Source: an uncultured Christensenellaceae bacterium (lineage in GTDB: Bacteria > Bacillota > Clostridia > Christensenellales > SZUA-584). From it: a stretch of DNA of 64,000 bases. Under the pieces are notes generated by a model that saw only the letters and a program-made list of their open reading frames with translations, ran no database searches and had not been told where the DNA came from. The stretch spans positions 5,062 to 69,061 of the forward strand of contig CAZPHS010000003.1 of NCBI GenBank assembly GCA_964586785.1. Reading direction: 5' to 3'. How positions within the stretch are numbered: position 1 is the first letter of the stretch; the number at the start of each line of letters is the position of its first letter. Position numbers and translations under genes: made by a program. Positions 8,947-17,737 of the stretch are shown here, piece by piece.

Positions 8947-10239
8947 ATGATTGAAGAAATAAAAAAACGTTGTAAAGATCAGGGTATCCAAATCGGTTTT
9001 AGCGAGGATATCGGCATATTTAAGAAAAAGAAAGCTTTAGGCCGATTTGAGCTTGAAAACACGCTTGCGGTATTGCCTATGGAAGGAAACGATTCGGAGG
9101 AGTCAGGGGCGCCGTCCGAACTGACATTCCGCCGGTACAGGCGTTTCGCGCAAGGCGGAGCAGCGTTGATATGGGTAGAGGCGATTGCCGTTCAAAAAGC
9201 GGGCAGAGCCAGCCCGCATCAGCTTTACCTTGACAACCAGACACAGGAAGCTTTTGCTAAGCTGTGCGCGATGATAAAACGTGAGGGGCTCGACAAAAAC
9301 GGTTTTGAGCCTGTTGTAATCGCCCAATTGACGCATTCGGGACGATACTCAAAACCACAAGGCCCTCCAAGCCCTATAATTGCGGCGCGCAACCCCTGGC
9401 TGGATGAAAAATACAATATTCCAAAAACGCTTTCGCCAATCAATGATGAATCCCTTTTAGAACTGGAGAAAAAATTCTTTAATGCAGCGCTGCTTGCAAA
9501 GCAGGCCGGGTTTGACGGAATCGATATCAAAATGTGCCACGGATATCTGCTCAACGAGCTGTTGTCGGCATTTACGCGCAAAGGAGACTTTGGCGGCAGT
9601 TATCAGGGCAGGACACGATTTGCAAGGGATACCGTTAAGAATATCAGAGAAAAGACGGGTGAAGGCTTTATTATCGGCAGCAGGATGAGCCTGTTTGATG
9701 CCATGCCGTATCCGTACGGTTTTGGCATGACACAAGACGGTACCGTAAAAAGCGATTTGACTGAGCCGGTCAAGCTGATAATGGAACTGAGCCAGCTTGG
9801 CCTTGATGTCGCAGCAATAACAATCGGCAACCCCTACTATAAACCGCATTACAACAGGCCTTACGACAAAGGATTCTATGAACCGCCCGAACCTGCCTTA
9901 AAAGGCGTAGAACGTATACTGACGCTGACTAAAAACGTTAAGGAACAAACAAAGGATGTGCTTATAATAGGAGCGGGTTACACGTATCTGCGTGAAGCGG
10001 CAACCGAGGCGGGTGCGTACGCACTGCAAAACAACTATGCGGATTTAATAGGATTTGGCAGACAAGCCTTTGCATATCCTGATTTTGCATCTGACATTGT
10101 AAAGAATGGATGCCTAGACACAAAAAAAGTATGCATCACCTGTTCAAAATGCACAGAGATTATGCGAAAAGGCGGGCCGACAGGCTGTGCCATCAGAGAT
10201 TTTAAGTACAGAGAGATTTATAAGGAATACTGCCTGTGA
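8947..10239 (+). CDS. NADH:flavin oxidoreductase (Old Yellow Enzyme TIM barrel) with C-terminal Cys cluster, lacking the usual reductase domain
   Basis: OYE-type segments (AQLTHSGR, DGIDIKMCHGYLLNELLS) and a terminal CITCSKCTEIMRKGGPTGC Fe-S-like motif. At 430 aa it stops where FadH/BaiH-type enzymes continue into an FAD/NAD(P) domain. Confidence 0.75.
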   Translation: MIEEIKKRCKDQGIQIGFSEDIGIFKKKKALGRFELENTLAVLPMEGNDSEESGAPSELTFRRYRRFAQGGAALIWVEAIAVQKAGRASPHQLYLDNQTQEAFAKLCAMIKREGLDKNGFEPVVIAQLTHSGRYSKPQGPPSPIIAARNPWLDEKYNIPKTLSPINDESLLELEKKFFNAALLAKQAGFDGIDIKMCHGYLLNELLSAFTRKGDFGGSYQGRTRFARDTVKNIREKTGEGFIIGSRMSLFDAMPYPYGFGMTQDGTVKSDLTEPVKLIMELSQLGLDVAAITIGNPYYKPHYNRPYDKGFYEPPEPALKGVERILTLTKNVKEQTKDVLIIGAGYTYLREAATEAGAYALQNNYADLIGFGRQAFAYPDFASDIVKNGCLDTKKVCITCSKCTEIMRKGGPTGCAIRDFKYREIYKEYCL

Positions 10240-10241
10240 AG

Positions 10242-11291
10242 TCAGTTTGTAATTTGGCGCACGGTATCGCGTACGATAAGTCTTGGTTCAATTTTGAGAC
10301 TGGCATCCAAGGGCGTGCTGCCGTTTATTTTGTCGATCAATATTCTGCCGGCTAGATCGCCCATCTCGAACGCGAAGCATTTCACCGTGGTGAGCGCCGG
10401 TGAAAACATTGATGCAAAAGGAATATCGTCGAAACCGATGACCGAAACATCGCGTGGTACCTTTAAGCCCCCTTTATTGAGTTCTTGTATAAAGCCGAAC
10501 GCCACCATATCATTGACGCAAAGCGCCCCGGTTGCATCACATTTTAATTGTATAAACCGCTTTGCTAGCTGCGTGCCGATTGTATATTCGTAGCCGAACT
10601 GGTTTTCTTCCTGTTCGCTGTCCGCTTCAAATATGATGGGTTCGCCGGGCGTATCGGCACGCTCAGAAAGTGCGTCCAGATAACCTTTAGATGTTTCTCT
10701 GCGTGTCCAGCGAGTAAGGGGTGTTGTAATCAGCGCAATTTTGGTGTGGCCCTGATTAACAAGGTATTCGGTGGCAATTCTTGCCCCCTCGCGCGAATCA
10801 AAGAGTATATTGGTGCAGTTTTTGTCTTCAATTCGCTGGTCCAGCAACACAAAATTCATGCCTTTTCGAGAAAACTCCAGTATATTCTTACCGTCTTTGG
10901 CAACGGCGGATATGATGACGCCGTTAACTCTTTTGTTGTAGAGTATTTGCAGATAATTCCGTTCATCTTCAGCATGTCGAAACGTGTTGCACAAAAGTAT
11001 GTTGTATCCGCGTTTATGGATTTGTTTTTGTATACCGAGCAGCGCCGTCGAATAAAAAGGGTTCGAGACCGTTGGGACGATGACGCCGATTTCGCTGCTT
11101 GTTGAGGATTTTAAACCACGTGCCATTGCGTTGGGCGAGTAGTCAAGCTTCTCGACAACATCAAGAACCCTTTGACGCAATTTATCCGATACCGGATAGC
11201 CGTTATTGCTCAGAACACGCGAAACAGTTGTTGCGGACGTTCCCGAAAATTTTGCTACATCATGTATGGTATAATTCTTTTTGATTTGCAT
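10242..11291 (-). CDS. LacI-family transcriptional regulator
   Basis: N-terminal HTH (YTIHDVAKFSGTSATTVSRVLSN) plus a periplasmic-binding-protein-like sugar-binding core. It is divergent from the ABC/hydrolase operon. Confidence 0.9.
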   Translation of the reverse strand: MQIKKNYTIHDVAKFSGTSATTVSRVLSNNGYPVSDKLRQRVLDVVEKLDYSPNAMARGLKSSTSSEIGVIVPTVSNPFYSTALLGIQKQIHKRGYNILLCNTFRHAEDERNYLQILYNKRVNGVIISAVAKDGKNILEFSRKGMNFVLLDQRIEDKNCTNILFDSREGARIATEYLVNQGHTKIALITTPLTRWTRRETSKGYLDALSERADTPGEPIIFEADSEQEENQFGYEYTIGTQLAKRFIQLKCDATGALCVNDMVAFGFIQELNKGGLKVPRDVSVIGFDDIPFASMFSPALTTVKCFAFEMGDLAGRILIDKINGSTPLDASLKIEPRLIVRDTVRQITN

Positions 11292-11350
11292 GGCAGACCC
11301 CTGTTTTAACCGACTATTTCTGTTAATATATAATTATTTATCAAGCGGTT

Positions 11351-11406
11351 TAGTTATCGATTTCTAATTTAATAGAAATTATATACCATTGCAACTTCAA
11401 TGTCAA
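11351..11406 (-). promoter_or_regulatory. lacI-family gene promoter with operator motif (copy 3, opposite orientation)
   Basis: On the minus strand: TTGACA (11406-11401), 17 nt, TATAAT (11383-11378), then TAGAAATCGATAACTA (11366-11351). This differs at one position from the core of copies 1 and 2. An extra TTTCTA/TAGAAA pair sits at 11361-11378. Confidence 0.6.
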
Positions 11407-11480
11407 ATTAATGCGCAATTAACCTATATCTTAAGCATTCGGAGTATTTTGAATGATACTATTCAGGTAAATCTGTATGC

Positions 11481-11544
11481 TTGACACTAAAAATGATTGC
11501 TGATATAATTACAAAATAGAAAACGATAACTATATGTTTTCTAT
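11481..11544 (+). promoter_or_regulatory. consensus sigma-A promoter plus LacI-type operator motif (copy 2)
   Basis: TTGACA (11481-11486), 17 nt, TGATATAAT extended -10 (11501-11509), then ATAGAAAACGATAACTAT (11516-11533). GTTTTCTAT (11536-11544) forms a perfect 9-nt inverted repeat with ATAGAAAAC. Confidence 0.7.
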
Positions 11545-11586
11545 ACAATTTGAAATGAATATTGCAATAAGGGAGGATGCGTTATT

Positions 11587-12414
11587 GTGACAAAGAAAAT
11601 CGCTGTATTGCAGATTGATTCGGTTTTGGCGGATATAGATGCGAACTTATCCAAGATAGATAAGATGATCGGATCGATCAACGACAGGGATGTGCGTATG
11701 GCTGTTTTCTGCGAATACGGATTGACAGGGTACTGCACTGATTTGAATAAAATCGCCGAACCTGTTCCGGGTAGAATGATAAATGCCCTTGAAGCGATTT
11801 CGAAAAAGCACAACATATGGATCAGCGGAGGCACTGCAGAGCTGGTAGGCGACAAAATCGCCAATACAACAGTAATGATTTCTCCTGATAACGGTATGGT
11901 GGCAAAGTACAGAAAAATACATCCTTTCGGTGACGAGAGAAATGCCATCATTTATGGTGATGAGCCTGTTGTCGTCGATACCGAGATAGGAAAAGTCGGT
12001 ATGACAATCTGTTATGACTTTATTTTTCCAGAGCTTGTACGCGGGCTCGCGCTTAAAGGCGCCGAAATCATTCTCAATTCAACATTCTGGTTTGCTGATG
12101 ATATCAGCGGTCCCGCCGGTTTTGAGCCCGAACAGGTCATGTCGCTGGCAAGAATCAGAGCGCTTGAAAACAACGTTTATGTGGCCATGGCGTGCCGTAC
12201 CGGCGAAGAAACGGCACCATGGGGCGGAAAGGTGCGCGGTTTCGGGTATTCTTCAATTGCAGGCCCTGTCGGGAAAACGCTTGCTCACGCCGGTCTTGGA
12301 GAGATGGTTATTACAGCGGATATCGATCTTGAAAAACGCAAGGCATGGGCTGAATATGCTGCGTATTTAAAGGACCGCAGGCCGGATATCTATAAAAACA
12401 TTCTTGATTTTTAA
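11587..12414 (+). CDS. carbon-nitrogen hydrolase (nitrilase superfamily; amidase/N-carbamoyl-amidase type)
   Basis: The E-K-C triad context is intact: VFCEYGLTGY, KYRKIHPF, GMTICYDFIFPE. A GGGAGGA RBS precedes the GTG start. Confidence 0.85.
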   Translation: MTKKIAVLQIDSVLADIDANLSKIDKMIGSINDRDVRMAVFCEYGLTGYCTDLNKIAEPVPGRMINALEAISKKHNIWISGGTAELVGDKIANTTVMISPDNGMVAKYRKIHPFGDERNAIIYGDEPVVVDTEIGKVGMTICYDFIFPELVRGLALKGAEIILNSTFWFADDISGPAGFEPEQVMSLARIRALENNVYVAMACRTGEETAPWGGKVRGFGYSSIAGPVGKTLAHAGLGEMVITADIDLEKRKAWAEYAAYLKDRRPDIYKNILDF

Positions 12415-12435
12415 AAAGCTTTTATGGGAGAGAAA

Positions 12436-13389
12436 ATGAGTAAAACCCAGATAGTAAACCAATACAATAGCGTCTATATCGTAATGGTCCTACTGTGCGT
12501 TGCGGCTTTTATATACAAACCCTCGTATATGCAAGCTGAGAACATTTATGTCATGCTCAGGCAGACATCGGCACTTGGCATGCTAGCGTTGGGGCAGCTG
12601 TTTGTCATATCGGCAGGCGGCGTTGACCTATCCGTCGCGGCCACGATGCAGGGCGCTGTAACGATTTTCATGTTCAGTTCCAATACCTACGGTCCTGCAG
12701 GATTGGTTGTCGGGATCGTTTTGAGTCTGATCGCCGGACTGATTGTCGGCCTTATAAACGGAATCATTATTGCCAAGTTTAAAGTACAGCCTTTTCTGAC
12801 AACTCTTTTTACAGGCGCCATACTGGTCGGCATCAGACGCGTATTTGCAGGTGTTACACCGATGGGCGTTGCACCCCGGCAAATAATGGACATTGTCAAA
12901 GGCGAAAAGTCGGGCGCTTTTCCAAATGCTTCGTTGATTTTTCTGTTTTTCTCTGTAATTGTGTTCGTAATTTTCAAGTACACGGTTTACGGCAGAAAAA
13001 TCATGTCGGTAGGAACAAATCCGACTGCGGCGTTGTTCTCGGGATATAAAATAGACCGCATTAAAATATCGACGTATTGCATAAGCGCATTGGCTGCAGT
13101 GCTTTCCTCAATCGTTATGGTCGGTTACACGGGATACGCAGACCAGGAGGCACTGGGGAAAGGCATGGAGATGGATTCGCTCGTGGCGGTCGTGCTTGGC
13201 GGCAATTATCTTGGCGGCGGCCGCGGATCGGTTGTCGGTACGGTGGGCGGCGTGCTTGTCACAACATTAATTATCAACATTGTAATACTGTTCGGATTTG
13301 AAATACAGCATCAATATGTTGTCAAGGGCGTTATATTGCTGCTTGTTACATTTATCGCTTCACTTGTCAGAAAAAATGCACATGTTTAA
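12436..13389 (+). CDS. ABC transporter permease, ribose/CUT2 type (RbsC-like)
   Basis: About 10 TM segments with the RbsC-like GGVDLSV motif. I start at MSKTQ (12436) behind a GGGAGAG RBS. Confidence 0.85.
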   Translation: MSKTQIVNQYNSVYIVMVLLCVAAFIYKPSYMQAENIYVMLRQTSALGMLALGQLFVISAGGVDLSVAATMQGAVTIFMFSSNTYGPAGLVVGIVLSLIAGLIVGLINGIIIAKFKVQPFLTTLFTGAILVGIRRVFAGVTPMGVAPRQIMDIVKGEKSGAFPNASLIFLFFSVIVFVIFKYTVYGRKIMSVGTNPTAALFSGYKIDRIKISTYCISALAAVLSSIVMVGYTGYADQEALGKGMEMDSLVAVVLGGNYLGGGRGSVVGTVGGVLVTTLIINIVILFGFEIQHQYVVKGVILLLVTFIASLVRKNAHV

Positions 13390-13429
13390 ATTTCGGAGTA
13401 AATCCGGATTAATTAAAGGAGGTAATACA

Positions 13430-14503
13430 ATGAGACTTAAGAAAAAGACAGGCTTAATACTCGTAGTAGCTATTGCCGTTATGATGCTTTTTGCGGCTTG
13501 TGCTCCGACTGAGAGCCCGGAACCTGGGAAAAACCAGCCTGATACCGAAACTAAAGCTCCGGGGGATGGACAAAAATACAACATCGGTGTGAGCTGGCAG
13601 GGTGCAAACAACGACTGGGCAAGCATGGTGCTGTACCATTTCAACTATGGGTTTGATGTCAAGTATGCCGACAAAGTAGAAAATGTCTACATCAATGCAT
13701 GCGACATGGATGACACTAAGCAGATAGCCGACGTGGAAGACCTTCTTGTTAAGGGTATCGACATACTGCTGATACAGCCTGTCAGCGAATCCTCGCTGGC
13801 GAATGTAATCGAAAAGGTCAAGGATAACGGTATTCCGGTTGTTGTTTTTGGAGCAAGCGCAGGTACGGATAAGTATGACACGTACATCAACCGTGACGGC
13901 TATATGACTGGCTATAAGTATACCCAATGGATGGGTGAGAGACTTGAAGGCAAGGGCAACGTCATCGTAATAATGGGATGGCCGGGCTCCGGTTACTCGA
14001 ACGATGTTCTTCGCGGTGTCGAAGATGCGCTTGCAGATTACCCCGAAATGGAGGTTCTCGGTACAGAGTACGCTTTATACACGCCCGCAACTTCCAAACA
14101 GATCGTAGAGAGTTACATGGCCAAAGGTGTAACCATCGACGGCGTTATTGTTGACGGTGGCTTGATGAACTTCGGCGTCATAGAAGCCTTCTTAGATGCT
14201 GATATGCCGATTCCCCCGACAACGGGCGATGACAGCACCGGTTTCTTAAAGAAAGTCAGAGATCTTGGCTATACAGATTTCGTATCTCAAAGCGGCGGCG
14301 CCGAACTGGCTATTGATGCAGTGGACGCGGTATTCAGCATACTTGCTGGAGAAGAAGTGCCTAAAGATGATGTCAGAGAGCCTATGTATGTTGAAGGCGC
14401 AGAAATTATTGCAATGATCAAAGACGAAATGCCGGACAGCTACTGGCTGGCGTGCCAGATTCCCGAAGAGGAGCTGGGAAACTACTACAGCATAGAAAAG
14501 TAA
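13430..14503 (+). CDS. ABC transporter substrate-binding lipoprotein (periplasmic-binding-protein type I, RbsB-like)
   Basis: An AAGGAGG RBS precedes the ATG at 13430. The signal peptide carries a lipobox (MMLFAAC). Alternating beta-alpha PBP pattern (IDILLIQPV, GIPVVVFG). The ORF-track start at 13298 is a spurious extension. Confidence 0.85.
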   Translation: MRLKKKTGLILVVAIAVMMLFAACAPTESPEPGKNQPDTETKAPGDGQKYNIGVSWQGANNDWASMVLYHFNYGFDVKYADKVENVYINACDMDDTKQIADVEDLLVKGIDILLIQPVSESSLANVIEKVKDNGIPVVVFGASAGTDKYDTYINRDGYMTGYKYTQWMGERLEGKGNVIVIMGWPGSGYSNDVLRGVEDALADYPEMEVLGTEYALYTPATSKQIVESYMAKGVTIDGVIVDGGLMNFGVIEAFLDADMPIPPTTGDDSTGFLKKVRDLGYTDFVSQSGGAELAIDAVDAVFSILAGEEVPKDDVREPMYVEGAEIIAMIKDEMPDSYWLACQIPEEELGNYYSIEK

Positions 14504-14538
14504 ATAAGTAAAGCATAGATTATTTACAGGGCGTTTAG

Positions 14539-14568
14539 ATGCAGAGCTGCACATCTGCAGCTCTGCAT
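14539..14568 (+). other. perfect 13-bp intercistronic hairpin between the binding-protein and ATPase genes
   Basis: ATGCAGAGCTGCA-CATC-TGCAGCTCTGCAT with no following T-tract. It lies between the stop at 14503 and the start at 14588. Confidence 0.7.
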
Positions 14569-14587
14569 AAAACGCAAGGAGGTTTGA

Positions 14588-17080
14588 TTGACCACTATGG
14601 CCGCTTCAATATTACAAATTAAAAATGTAACAAAACACTTCTTTGGCGTTAAAGCCTTGAATGATGTTAGCTTTGACATCAACAAAGGCGAGATCGTTGG
14701 GCTGCTTGGAGCCAACGGTGCGGGGAAAAGCACGCTATTGAAGATCATAGGCGGTATTCAGTCGGCTGATTCTGGAGAAATTCTCTATGAGGGCGAGCCG
14801 CTTAATTTAAAAACGCCCCATGATGCACAGCAAAAGGGGTTGATCAGCGTTTACCAGGAACTGAATCTTTTCCTGAACATGACCGTAGCGGAAAATCTCT
14901 TTTTGGGAAGGGAATGCAAGGATGGCCTTGGTTTTGTAGACTGGAAAAAAACAAATAAGGAAGCAGAATTCATACTGAAGGGTATGGGTCTGAATATCGA
15001 TCCGTGCACAGTTGTTAGCAATCTGAGTGTTGCACGTCAGCATTTGATAGAAATCGCAAGAGCGATCAATGAAAAACCGAAAGTACTTCTTCTGGACGAG
15101 CCCACGGCGGCATTGTCGGAAGATCAGATAGAATGGTTGTTTAAGCAGGTGCGCGGCTTGGTTGAGGCCGGAACGACAGTGATTTATGTTTCGCACCGTT
15201 TGGACGAAGTGTCCGAGTTTTGCAGCCGTTGCGTGATACTGCGTGACGGACGCTTGACGGCCATATTAGACGACGAATTTGATAAATGCAATATAGTCAA
15301 GAACATGATCGGCTATGATGTCGTTTTGGAGAAAAAAGCCGCAGCAAAAGAATGTAAAGACGTGGTTTTTGAATGCGAAGGCCTGAGCGTAAAGGGCAAG
15401 CTTGATGATGTCAGCTTTAAAGTCGGACGCGAAGAGATTTTGGGTATCGCCGGTTTGGTGGGGGCAGGGCGCACAGATCTGCTGCGTGCGATATACGGTG
15501 TCGACAAGGCGGATAGCGGAATCCTTAAACTAAACGGTAAGCCGCTCAATATAAATCATACAAGCGACGCGATAAAAAATAAAATAGTGCTGATCAGCGA
15601 AGACAGAAAGCTGGAAGGCTTGTTTCTTGCCGAACCCGTAAAACTCAATCTCGCTGCCAATACATTAAAAGACAGAGCAACCGTGGGATTTATAAAAAGC
15701 AAAGAAGAAACAAAAGCGGCAAAGGAGATAAGCGGGAAAGTCAGCCTTGATAAAGGACGCCTTAGAAGCCCTGTGCGGATGCTTTCGGGCGGCAACCAGC
15801 AAAAGGTGGTTATCGGCAAGGCGCTGCTTACAGGCGCGGATCTTCTGTTGATGGACGAGCCGTCTCGCGGCGTAGACGTTGGCGCACGTGAAGAGATATA
15901 CAAGATTATCAACAGTCTTTCAGAAGAGGGCAAAGGCATTATACTCGTATCTTCCGACTGGGAGGAGCTTTTGGCGCTGTCGGACAGGGTAATCGTAATG
16001 TCCGAAGGAAGGCTCACTCAAGAGCTTTCGGGCGATGCCATCACTGAAGAGAACATCATGCACGCTTCAACAATAGCCAATCTGAATAAGGCTGAAAAAG
16101 CGGTAAAGAATGGGAGCCCCATAAAGCGTATGACGTCTAAGATGCTAGGCAAAAACTCGGCTGTTTTGGCGCTTATGCTGGCGGTGCTGATCATCATAGG
16201 CATGAGTACATCACCGACGTTTTTAAGCATCAACAATGTTAAAAATCTTTTTTGGCAGTCTTTTACCTTTATACTGTTGACGCTCGGACAGCTGACGGTG
16301 ATCATATCAGGCGGTATAGACCTGGCAAACGGCGCGATATTGACTGTATCAGGCGTTACAGGCTTAACGATCATGAATTCAGGGCCGAATATGTTTTGGC
16401 CGGGTCTGTTTGCTATGCTGGCCGTCGGGATTGTTGTCGGTCTGATAAACGGGCTGCTGGTAGTAAAGGCACGTATGGACGCTTTTATTGCAACGCTGGG
16501 TATCAGCATTGCTTTGCAGGGTGCGGCGCTTATCATCACACCGAAACCCATATTTCCTGTGCCGGATGTACTTAAATACATATCCAATAAAGAGTGGCTT
16601 GGGCTGCCAATCATACTGTTTATCGGTATTTTGATTGTCGCAATATTCGCGGTGCTGCTAAAATACCGCCCAATGGGCAGGCGGCTGTATGCCATAGGAG
16701 AAAACCAGAGAAATGCGCATTGGCTGGGCTTGCCGGTTCAATCAACGCAAGTCTGTGCTTATATGGTCAGTGCGCTGTTGGCGGCGGTGGCATCGATCTA
16801 TATGCTCGGAAGAAGAGGTGCTGCAGAATCGGCTGTTAATTCGGGCATGATGCTTGACTCAATCGCTTTTTCACTGATTGGCGGCGCAACGCTGGCGGGA
16901 GGAAAGGGCAGTGTAGCGGGTTCACTGCTTGGCGTATTTTCCATCGCGATACTGATGAACATATTAAACCAGATTGGTGTGGGCATGTACTTCCAGCAGA
17001 TCATACGCGGTGTGCTGCTTATGGGCATTATCATTTCGTATGAACGGCGGATTTCGAAACGAAAAGAAATAACAGTTTAA
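14588..17080 (+). CDS. fused ABC ATPase (two nucleotide-binding domains, RbsA-like) plus C-terminal RbsC-like permease domain
   Basis: NBD1: GANGAGKST, LLLDEPTAAL. NBD2: GLVGAGRTD, LSGGNQQK, LLMDEPSRGVD. From about residue 520 there is a multi-TM permease with GGIDLANG. It is one uninterrupted 830-codon frame. Confidence 0.85.
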   Translation: MTTMAASILQIKNVTKHFFGVKALNDVSFDINKGEIVGLLGANGAGKSTLLKIIGGIQSADSGEILYEGEPLNLKTPHDAQQKGLISVYQELNLFLNMTVAENLFLGRECKDGLGFVDWKKTNKEAEFILKGMGLNIDPCTVVSNLSVARQHLIEIARAINEKPKVLLLDEPTAALSEDQIEWLFKQVRGLVEAGTTVIYVSHRLDEVSEFCSRCVILRDGRLTAILDDEFDKCNIVKNMIGYDVVLEKKAAAKECKDVVFECEGLSVKGKLDDVSFKVGREEILGIAGLVGAGRTDLLRAIYGVDKADSGILKLNGKPLNINHTSDAIKNKIVLISEDRKLEGLFLAEPVKLNLAANTLKDRATVGFIKSKEETKAAKEISGKVSLDKGRLRSPVRMLSGGNQQKVVIGKALLTGADLLLMDEPSRGVDVGAREEIYKIINSLSEEGKGIILVSSDWEELLALSDRVIVMSEGRLTQELSGDAITEENIMHASTIANLNKAEKAVKNGSPIKRMTSKMLGKNSAVLALMLAVLIIIGMSTSPTFLSINNVKNLFWQSFTFILLTLGQLTVIISGGIDLANGAILTVSGVTGLTIMNSGPNMFWPGLFAMLAVGIVVGLINGLLVVKARMDAFIATLGISIALQGAALIITPKPIFPVPDVLKYISNKEWLGLPIILFIGILIVAIFAVLLKYRPMGRRLYAIGENQRNAHWLGLPVQSTQVCAYMVSALLAAVASIYMLGRRGAAESAVNSGMMLDSIAFSLIGGATLAGGKGSVAGSLLGVFSIAILMNILNQIGVGMYFQQIIRGVLLMGIIISYERRISKRKEITV

Positions 17081-17114
17081 GGTTCGTTATATAACGAAAG
17101 AAGGAGGTGCTGTC

Positions 17115-17645
17115 ATGTTTAATGACGGAAGATCAAAAAAAGTTGTTGTTGTTGTACACTGCGTTTTGAATCACAATGCCAGAATGGATCCTTACGCAAG
17201 GCATAAAGGTGCCGTGACCGAAATCGTCGATTATTTGATGGAGAAAGATTACGGCATACTGCAGATACCATGCCCTGAGTTTTTATACATGGGTCTTCTG
17301 CGCGAAAAAAGAACAAAAGAGCTTCCAGAAGTGTGGCATGTATTGGGAACGCCGGAAGGTCGCGCGAAGTGCAGGGAAATTGCGCTGCAAACGGCTATGC
17401 AAATCAAACAGTACAGGGAAAATGGTTTTTATGTGGCCGCCGTTATCGGAAAAAATCAAAGCCCCTCATGCGGCGTTGAGGAAACCACGATCGGCGATGA
17501 AGTGTTGGAAGGGCCGGGAATCTTCATACAAGAGCTAAGAAAAGTATTTGAGGAGCAGGGCATTGAGATCCCCATCGTTGCCTGTCCTCAGGGAGAAAAC
17601 GAATCCGTGGGGATACTCGATTGGCTTAAGGAAAATGTAAAATAA
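17115..17645 (+). CDS. DUF523 / TudS-like (2-thiouracil desulfurase family) putative 3-Cys [4Fe-4S] protein
   Basis: Three Cys lie in family-typical contexts: VVVHCVLNHNARMD, IPCPE and NQSPSCG. A GAAGGAGG RBS is present. The assignment rests on motif pattern only. Confidence 0.55.
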   Translation: MFNDGRSKKVVVVVHCVLNHNARMDPYARHKGAVTEIVDYLMEKDYGILQIPCPEFLYMGLLREKRTKELPEVWHVLGTPEGRAKCREIALQTAMQIKQYRENGFYVAAVIGKNQSPSCGVEETTIGDEVLEGPGIFIQELRKVFEEQGIEIPIVACPQGENESVGILDWLKENVK

Positions 17646-17737
17646 CCATAAGCGGAATTGAGCAGCAATAAGGCTTTCGCTGCACCTTGCTTTGGGCAAT
17701 AGGTATCAAGCAAATATACAATTAGAGGTATTGACAA

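Noticed and set aside
13298-13429. Long N-terminal extensions implied by ORF-track starts (13298, 18357, 19921, 23601, 30991-31569, 32167, 32559, 34025, 41182, 51115, 54804, 58773).
   Set aside because: In each case an internal ATG, GTG or TTG preceded by a GGAGG-like RBS coincides with the conserved family N-terminus or signal peptide. The extension overlaps the upstream gene or a regulatory RNA.
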